Made by a program: the position numbers and the translations under genes | Shown here: piece by piece, positions 58,081 to 64,000 of the stretch | Position numbering within the stretch: the first letter of the stretch is position 1 | Layout of the letters: each line of letters opens with the position of its first letter | The notes under the pieces: model-generated | What the model was told of the DNA's origin: nothing | The model's input: only the letters and a program-made list of their open reading frames with translations | Databases searched by the model: none | Source of the DNA: a virus | Lineage: Duplodnaviria > Caudoviricetes | Virus record (IMG/VR): IMGVR_UViG_3300031963_000080 | Location: 1-64,000 of that record | Length of the DNA: 64,000 nt | Reading direction: 5' to 3' (one strand)

Positions 58081-58639
58081 ATAGTAAATTTCCCTTATTG
58101 TCAGTTATTTCATAGTAAGTATATTTAAACTTTACTTCGGCAGTAAAGTATTCGGCATCATTATCAGTAGCATCAAATAATAGTGTAGTTAAATCATATG
58201 GAAACAAATCGTAAAACTTTACTTGAAAATTTGGTCTTTGACTACTGGTTAAAACTTGTAGAGTCCCATCTGAATATAAATTTAATGTGGAGTTTATTTT
58301 TGTATCTATTTTTTGATTTTGTCTCTGTAATGTGTATATTTGGTCCAATGATTCTGGATAGCCAAGACCTCTGATCCAATTTTGAATTTCCATGTAATTT
58401 TCTAATCCTTCATCTACTAAAAAGCGTAGATTAAAATCTTCAAATTTTATCTTATCTCCTGGTTGAGCAATATCTTTTAGATATGTAGGTTGATTTGCTA
58501 TTCCCAAACTCAAAGAAGGTATATTAGCAGTATTCGAAAAAAATGCTACTTTTGGCGATCTCGTGATAGTGAATCTAAATTGTGTTGGAGATAGAAAATT
58601 TCTATTCTGTATTTGATTACTAAATGCGTTTCCAGCCAT
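58067..58639 (-). CDS. gp3: Tail completion / tube terminator gp3
   Basis: NFLSP..F, PGDK, FLVDE.LENY.EI.NW; late promoter at 58649-58656. Confidence 0.88.
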   Translation of the reverse strand: MAGNAFSNQIQNRNFLSPTQFRFTITRSPKVAFFSNTANIPSLSLGIANQPTYLKDIAQPGDKIKFEDFNLRFLVDEGLENYMEIQNWIRGLGYPESLDQIYTLQRQNQKIDTKINSTLNLYSDGTLQVLTSSQRPNFQVKFYDLFPYDLTTLLFDATDNDAEYFTAEVKFKYTYYEITDNKGNLLYEYQ

Positions 58640-58665
58640 TTTTTCTACTATTTATACTTGGTAAT

Positions 58666-58691
58666 AAAAAAGGGACCCGAAGGTCCCTTTT
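58666..58691 (-). terminator. Terminator after gp23
   Basis: AAAGGGACC-TTCG-GGTCCCTTTTT. Confidence 0.9.
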
Positions 58692-58710
58692 GGAATTTAT
58701 ACAAGAAGAA

Positions 58711-60144
58711 TCACATTAGGTTCTTAACTTGTACTCTACGATAGTAGCGGTTTGAATTGATTTGTAGACGACCCAAACCTTGTGCAGTTGCATCACCTTC
58801 AGCAAATGGATTCGCTACCATTCCGTAGCGAGTCTTGAATCCAATTTTTGGCTGGAAGGTGTTCTCGCCAACGGCACGAACCATCTGGAGAGGAACATAA
58901 GGGCAGTAGAATAGACCAGCATCATAAGGGGAAGTACCCTTATAGCCGACAACATAATACTGACCACCATCAGCGCCAGGATTGGTACCACCAGAATAAG
59001 GATCGATATAAACACGATACTTACCCATTAGAACACCAGCAAAAGTATTACCAGTGTCATCTACATTTAGGTTAGCATTTAGTGCAGGGGTGTAGTCGAG
59101 TACGCCTGCCATGGTTAGAGCAGAAGCAACATCAGAGGAGCACATGATCACATTACCCTTTCCTCTACGAGTTCTGATTGCAATTGCGTTTGCATCACGC
59201 TCGATTTGGAAAAGTAGACCCTTGAACTTCTCAACAGACCAACGACCATTGGAGTCGATATCTAGGTCAAATACACCTGCGGTAGCAACATTAGTTGCAG
59301 CGCCTTGCTCAGCTACCTTGTAGATAGTTCTGATTACTTCGCGGTTGATTTCAGCAAGAATCTCGGTGGAGAGAATATTTGCGAGTTCTGCTTCTGCGTT
59401 TAGACCATGGATAGCCTTTAGATCTTGTGCAAGCTCTAAGCTATACTCGGCCTTTAGTGCTCTAGACTTTGCTTCAACTAGGATTTTCTCGATAGAGAAA
59501 GCCATTTCGTTGAACTGGCCACCATTAGAAGCGCCGAGAGCCTCAGCATCACCAGTCTTCATTGCCTGGCCAACATTATAGCCAAGTGAAGATGCGGTAC
59601 CAACTGGGTTTAGAATTCCAGGATTGCTTCCAGTTTGGGTTCCACCTGTAGTACCTAGACCAGCAATAGCATCAGTTGCATTGGTTGCACTGTTGTTTGC
59701 ATTGGTACCAGAGAATGCAGTATTTACTTCATTATAGAAGGCTTCGGTTCCGCTCTGGTCGTTGTAGCGTGAACGCATTGCGAAAATGAGTCCAGTAGGA
59801 CCAGTCATTGGTTGTACGCCAGCTAGGTCATATGCGACCAAGTTAGGCATGGAACGACGAATTAGGCTGATTAGTACAGGGTCAAAACCAGCTACAGGAC
59901 CACCAGCAGCGGCACCACTACCTACACTGCTATATGCACCATAACCACCAGGAGCATTACCTGAGTTGGTTGGTGATTCCATTAATACACCATTAGAGAA
60001 TGCTTGTTCTTCTCTTAGGAATTTTTCTTGGTTTTCGAGCAAGACAGCGGTTACTGCTTTACGATGAGAATCTCTGATTGGATCAAGACCATCATAGTTG
60101 AGAAGCGGTGCCCACTTTTCTTGCAGATGCTCGGATTGGAACAT
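58711..60144 (-). CDS. gp23: Major capsid protein gp23
   Basis: GVQPMTGPTGLIFAMR, ELAQDLKAIHG, FYCPYVPL, GFKTRYG. Confidence 0.99.
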   Translation of the reverse strand: MFQSEHLQEKWAPLLNYDGLDPIRDSHRKAVTAVLLENQEKFLREEQAFSNGVLMESPTNSGNAPGGYGAYSSVGSGAAAGGPVAGFDPVLISLIRRSMPNLVAYDLAGVQPMTGPTGLIFAMRSRYNDQSGTEAFYNEVNTAFSGTNANNSATNATDAIAGLGTTGGTQTGSNPGILNPVGTASSLGYNVGQAMKTGDAEALGASNGGQFNEMAFSIEKILVEAKSRALKAEYSLELAQDLKAIHGLNAEAELANILSTEILAEINREVIRTIYKVAEQGAATNVATAGVFDLDIDSNGRWSVEKFKGLLFQIERDANAIAIRTRRGKGNVIMCSSDVASALTMAGVLDYTPALNANLNVDDTGNTFAGVLMGKYRVYIDPYSGGTNPGADGGQYYVVGYKGTSPYDAGLFYCPYVPLQMVRAVGENTFQPKIGFKTRYGMVANPFAEGDATAQGLGRLQINSNRYYRRVQVKNLM

Positions 60145-60197
60145 TTGCTTTTACCTCTTAAAAAATGTGTTTGTTTTTGTTTGATTTAATGTTAAAA

Positions 60198-61370
60198 TCA
60201 GTTGTTAGCCAACATAGAAAGGGCTTTCATATATGTATTCATCGATGGGGAATAATCCTCAACAGATGAAATTACACCTTCTGAAAGGGTTTCAGGTTGA
60301 GCAGTTGGAGATGTAGTTCTGGATGGAAAATATGATTCCTTCAAGGTCTCCAATTTTTCACGATATTCTTCTTCACTTTCAAACTCAACACTTTCGGCAA
60401 GTGAAGCGAGCTTTTCTTTCTGAGTGATGGCTAGACCATCAGATACTACATCAAAAATTCTATCAGCAACCGACTCTGAGAGTCTTCTGTTGAGTTGAAT
60501 GTTTCTCTCAATTTGCTCGTTGAGTTTTGTCTCCATTTCATCAAGTTTTTCTACCATATTCTCAAGTACATCATATTTTTCTTCAGGGAGTTGTACATAA
60601 TGATCTTCAAAAAGATTCTTGAGATTGCTCAAGAATGATTCACTTAGTTGCTCTTTAATTCCATATTCAATAGCAAGATTGTTTTCTTGCATCCACTCAT
60701 CAGCAACATATTCTAGATAAGAATCTACGCGCTCTTGTAGTTCTTCTTTCATAGAACCTACTTCTTCGTATAATCTTTCTTCATATGCTTGCTGATATTG
60801 CTCGTCAAGCACTTCACGAATTTCATTTACTTTACTGCGAAGAGCAGCTTCAAAAATTACTTTAGCTTTATCTTTGAACTCTTCAGAAAGATCTTCTCCT
60901 TCGACGAGAGCTTGTACATCTTCTTCGATGTCAAACTCTTCTTCTAATTCTTCATCTTCTTCATCTTCTTCATCTTCGTCATCATCTTCGTCGTCACTAT
61001 AATCTTCTAGATCTTCGTCGTCTTCTTGCTCTTCACTGAGTTCATCTTCATCAATTTCTTCTTCTTCCTCGGCCTCTTCTTTTACTGCCATTGTCTGCAT
61101 GGCTTCTGCAGCTTTTGCTTTAGAGTTTACTACATCATTTACACTCTTAAGTGTTGCAGCAGGATCTTTTATTTTTGCTGATTCGTCGTCAGACTTGTAA
61201 TTTTCTGGAGTTGGACCACCAAGATCTTCCCAACCAGTGGCACTCTGGCCATCAGGAATACCAGTTGTTAGATGTGGCATTGGCTCTGCTGGTTTTGCGG
61301 TTGCATTTACAGCAGATTTGGATTGCTTTGTGCCTACTTCCATTTCTTGTAAGTTTTTTCCACGAGACAT
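60198..61370 (-). CDS. gp22: Prohead core scaffold gp22
   Basis: LSEEFK.KA.VIFEAA, VDSYLEYV..EW; late promoter at 61409-61416. Confidence 0.95.
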   Translation of the reverse strand: MSRGKNLQEMEVGTKQSKSAVNATAKPAEPMPHLTTGIPDGQSATGWEDLGGPTPENYKSDDESAKIKDPAATLKSVNDVVNSKAKAAEAMQTMAVKEEAEEEEEIDEDELSEEQEDDEDLEDYSDDEDDDEDEEDEEDEELEEEFDIEEDVQALVEGEDLSEEFKDKAKVIFEAALRSKVNEIREVLDEQYQQAYEERLYEEVGSMKEELQERVDSYLEYVADEWMQENNLAIEYGIKEQLSESFLSNLKNLFEDHYVQLPEEKYDVLENMVEKLDEMETKLNEQIERNIQLNRRLSESVADRIFDVVSDGLAITQKEKLASLAESVEFESEEEYREKLETLKESYFPSRTTSPTAQPETLSEGVISSVEDYSPSMNTYMKALSMLANN

Positions 61371-61426
61371 TTGAACTCTCCGATTTAGCTATGTATTAAA
61401 TCTATATTTATTTATAATTTATGAAA

Positions 61427-62071
61427 TTACAAAGAATTTAAAAATTCATTGAATAATTCAATTTTCCTTTCTTCTAGTTGTTTTGTGTCAACTAGATGAT
61501 TTATTTTTTTCTTAGCATTTTCTAGTAACCAAGAATTTCTTGATACATCATATATCCACTCAACTCCTTCCATGATCCCATTTACAAATGCATCAGGAGC
61601 GGAAGGATCTGCAACTATGTCAGCAGCAGTAGCCAACATAAAATCATTAGAGACATAACGAACACCATTTCTTTCTACTAGTGAACCAATTCCACGAGAA
61701 GAAACTCCCAGTTTCACTCCTTCCGAAATCAAAGAAGAAGCTATTTTACCCATTGGAGTATCTAGAATTTTTGCTTTACCGACAAAGTTATTTCCATCTT
61801 CTCTCAAAGATGTGATCATATGAGAAACTCTATCTAGATTTACTGTTGGCCCATCTGGGTGGCCCAACTCACCTAAAGCTCTTCCTTTTGAAATATAATT
61901 ATCAGTATATCTAGTTACTTCTCTGGCAAGAGTTTCCATCGGATAACATCTACCATTACGATTTTTTATATCAGCCTGAAGGAAAATTCCCTCTATATAA
62001 AGAGATTTTTTTCCGTTTTTTTCTTCGGTGATGAATTTTACCTTAGAAATTTCTTCTGTGATTAGTTTCAT
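61427..62071 (-). CDS. gp21: Prohead protease gp21
   Basis: NRNGR.Y, GELGHP, GVSSRG.GS, DIVADPSAPDAFV. Confidence 0.97.
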   Translation of the reverse strand: MKLITEEISKVKFITEEKNGKKSLYIEGIFLQADIKNRNGRCYPMETLAREVTRYTDNYISKGRALGELGHPDGPTVNLDRVSHMITSLREDGNNFVGKAKILDTPMGKIASSLISEGVKLGVSSRGIGSLVERNGVRYVSNDFMLATAADIVADPSAPDAFVNGIMEGVEWIYDVSRNSWLLENAKKKINHLVDTKQLEERKIELFNEFLNSL

Positions 62072-62075
62072 TTTA

Positions 62076-62342
62076 CTAGTTGGTAAATCCTACTTTTGTC
62101 GCTTTAATTGCTGAAGAGGTCCAAATTACATCTGTTGGAAGTTTTTCTAAAAATTCAACTGAATTTCCCGGCATTGAGAAATAATTAGTTGTTGCTGCTC
62201 CAACAATAGTCGAAACACCAACTGTAACTATTCCAGAAGTTATATTATGGAGACGAACACAAGTTGCATTCGAAATGCTAGATGCTGCTCCAGCAGCTGT
62301 TGCTGTGGAAATTTCAGTTTCAACTATTTTGGTTCTTTGCAT
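62076..62342 (-). CDS. Small hypothetical structural protein
   Basis: 88-aa ORF just upstream of gp21. Confidence 0.75.
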   Translation of the reverse strand: MQRTKIVETEISTATAAGAASSISNATCVRLHNITSGIVTVGVSTIVGAATTNYFSMPGNSVEFLEKLPTDVIWTSSAIKATKVGFTN

Positions 62343-62386
62343 TTTTTATAATAAAGATCTTATTAGTTATTTATTATTTAATAAAA

Positions 62387-63661
62387 TTACCTCTGTTCCA
62401 ACCAGTTTAAAACTGCAAGTGCTGCCTTGTTAGCATTGGGTGAAGCACATACAAGAGTATAAATGTCACTAATTGTTCCAATACCACTTCTACCAATTTG
62501 TAGTTGTGCTTTATCATCAATAATTACTGATTGTCCTCCACCACCAACAACAAATCCACTCAAAAGAACCTTACCACCAGTAAAAGAAGTTGCAGTGGTA
62601 TCATATTGAGTAATTGCATCTGAGTTTGCATGGTTAGTAAATACTGCACCAGTTAAGGTTGGGTTCTCAATCAACCTCCAAAAAATGTTAGTGTTATCAT
62701 TCGTGGATACTTGAAGTGATCTTGGAATAACCACTCCAGATAATGAATTTGATTTGAGACGAAGACTTAGAATTGGATAATAAGTATTTGCAGATGCCAT
62801 CGTGGTTCCAGTGATAGCATTACCTTGACTGACGAGAGTTCCAAGTTTCTCTGGTTCACCTTCTTGAATAAGAGAATTCGAACCCTGATACATGTAATGA
62901 GTTCCTGCAACACCCGTTACATTTTCTATCTCAAGTCTAATTGGTAAGAATGGAGTAGAACACCAAACATATGGATTAGTATTTGAGTTATCAAAAGTGT
63001 GACTATGAATTGTTTCATTCTTCATCAACCAATTGAACTGGACGATACCTGCACCATACCATTCATAATTGATAGAAATCATTTGTTGTTTGGTTGCATC
63101 TGCAGTTACTCCAGTCCAACCATTCCCATCAAACTTCTCACCATTCCAATTTTCTCTGGTTACTCTAGTTTCTGTAACAATTCCTGATGTGCTACTACGG
63201 ATTACATACGAATAAACACCACCATTATCTTCAAAATAAGCACCATTATTATCATCAAACAATCCAAATCTTCTGCGAATACCTACCTGCGGTATATCAA
63301 GACGAATTGCAAATGCAAGAGTTGCACCCCTACCAGGGATGTATCTCATTACCGCTCTAGTTTGACGAGTGACTTTACTTCCCGCAGTAGAACCAACTTG
63401 CATCACAACATTACTGGATGATGCATTAAATGTTGCAGTTCCAACTCCAACTACTCTTTCGTCCCATACATCAGTTTCCTTTCCATACTGGAAAGTATTA
63501 AAGAAAACTGTTTGGTAAGGAGAAACCTTAAATCTGTTGTTGTTAGTGAATTGAGGTCTCCAGTCCGTCTGGTTTCCCCAATGATCTGCAATATTATAAA
63601 CCTCAAAGAGACTTCTCTCTTGATTGAGATAATCTTGTCTATTTTTATTCCACTGAGCCAT
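62387..63661 (-). CDS. Hypothetical beta-rich virion protein candidate
   Basis: 424-aa T/G/N-rich ORF in the head module. Confidence 0.75.
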   Translation of the reverse strand: MAQWNKNRQDYLNQERSLFEVYNIADHWGNQTDWRPQFTNNNRFKVSPYQTVFFNTFQYGKETDVWDERVVGVGTATFNASSSNVVMQVGSTAGSKVTRQTRAVMRYIPGRGATLAFAIRLDIPQVGIRRRFGLFDDNNGAYFEDNGGVYSYVIRSSTSGIVTETRVTRENWNGEKFDGNGWTGVTADATKQQMISINYEWYGAGIVQFNWLMKNETIHSHTFDNSNTNPYVWCSTPFLPIRLEIENVTGVAGTHYMYQGSNSLIQEGEPEKLGTLVSQGNAITGTTMASANTYYPILSLRLKSNSLSGVVIPRSLQVSTNDNTNIFWRLIENPTLTGAVFTNHANSDAITQYDTTATSFTGGKVLLSGFVVGGGGQSVIIDDKAQLQIGRSGIGTISDIYTLVCASPNANKAALAVLNWLEQR

Positions 63662-63664
63662 AAA

Positions 63665-63985
63665 TTAATCAATCCACTCTAACTTTGATGGGTGATATCT
63701 TTGTATATTTTTAATATTAAAATTATTTTCCTGTGCTGGATATATGTTATGGACTATTGCTCCAGGATATTTGTCCTGGAGTTGTTCGCCAAGATCTTGC
63801 CTAGATGGGACTCCAGTTTTGGTTACCAATTCCAACCTATAAATATTACCTTGCCACATTACATCAGCAACATAACTTTCACCAACCTGTTGTTGTGATT
63901 CTGGTTGAGAATTTATATAAAGATTTCCAGTAAAATCACCAGCAATATTAACTGATTCAGATATAAATTGCCTGAATGATTTCAT
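63665..63985 (-). CDS. Hypothetical protein with a capsid-targeting-like N-terminus
   Basis: Starts MKSFRQFISE. Confidence 0.75.
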   Translation of the reverse strand: MKSFRQFISESVNIAGDFTGNLYINSQPESQQQVGESYVADVMWQGNIYRLELVTKTGVPSRQDLGEQLQDKYPGAIVHNIYPAQENNFNIKNIQRYHPSKLEWID

Positions 63986-64000
63986 TTGTTCATTCCTCTT

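Noticed and set aside
6754-63898. Many antisense or alternate-frame ORFs (e.g. 6754-7320, 35426-35932, 37769-38251, 40904-41386, 46198-46635)
   Set aside because: They lie opposite or within well-supported genes and show no motifs; expected codon-bias shadows.

Overview
This window is a 64-kb segment of a T4-like cyanobacterial myovirus (Kyanoviridae-type, possibly freshwater), with most genes on the minus strand. The right half (about 28-64 kb) is conserved core: nrdA/nrdB, primase gp61, mazG, helicase gp41, uvsX, polymerase gp43, hsp20, regA, gp62/44/45, a CobS-like AAA plus VWA pair, gp46/47, gp55, uvsW/uvsY, gp3, gp23/22/21. The left half is accessory. It holds a repeat-rich protein running off the window start, a lysis block, two hli genes, petF and a cyanobacterial SLH/OprB porin. 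It also holds an 11.5-kb nucleotide-sugar and glycosyltransferase island (gmd, fcl/colC-like, ColD-type dehydratase, GT10/11/25/2), structured RNAs and a tRNA cluster. The strongest unusual signal is a tRNA-Arg(TCT) gene split at the anticodon by a 568-bp insert. The insert carries a PD-(D/E)XK homing endonuclease and a sequence-divergent replacement tRNA-Arg(TCT), with no visible intron. All calls come from reading motifs by eye; no searches were run.
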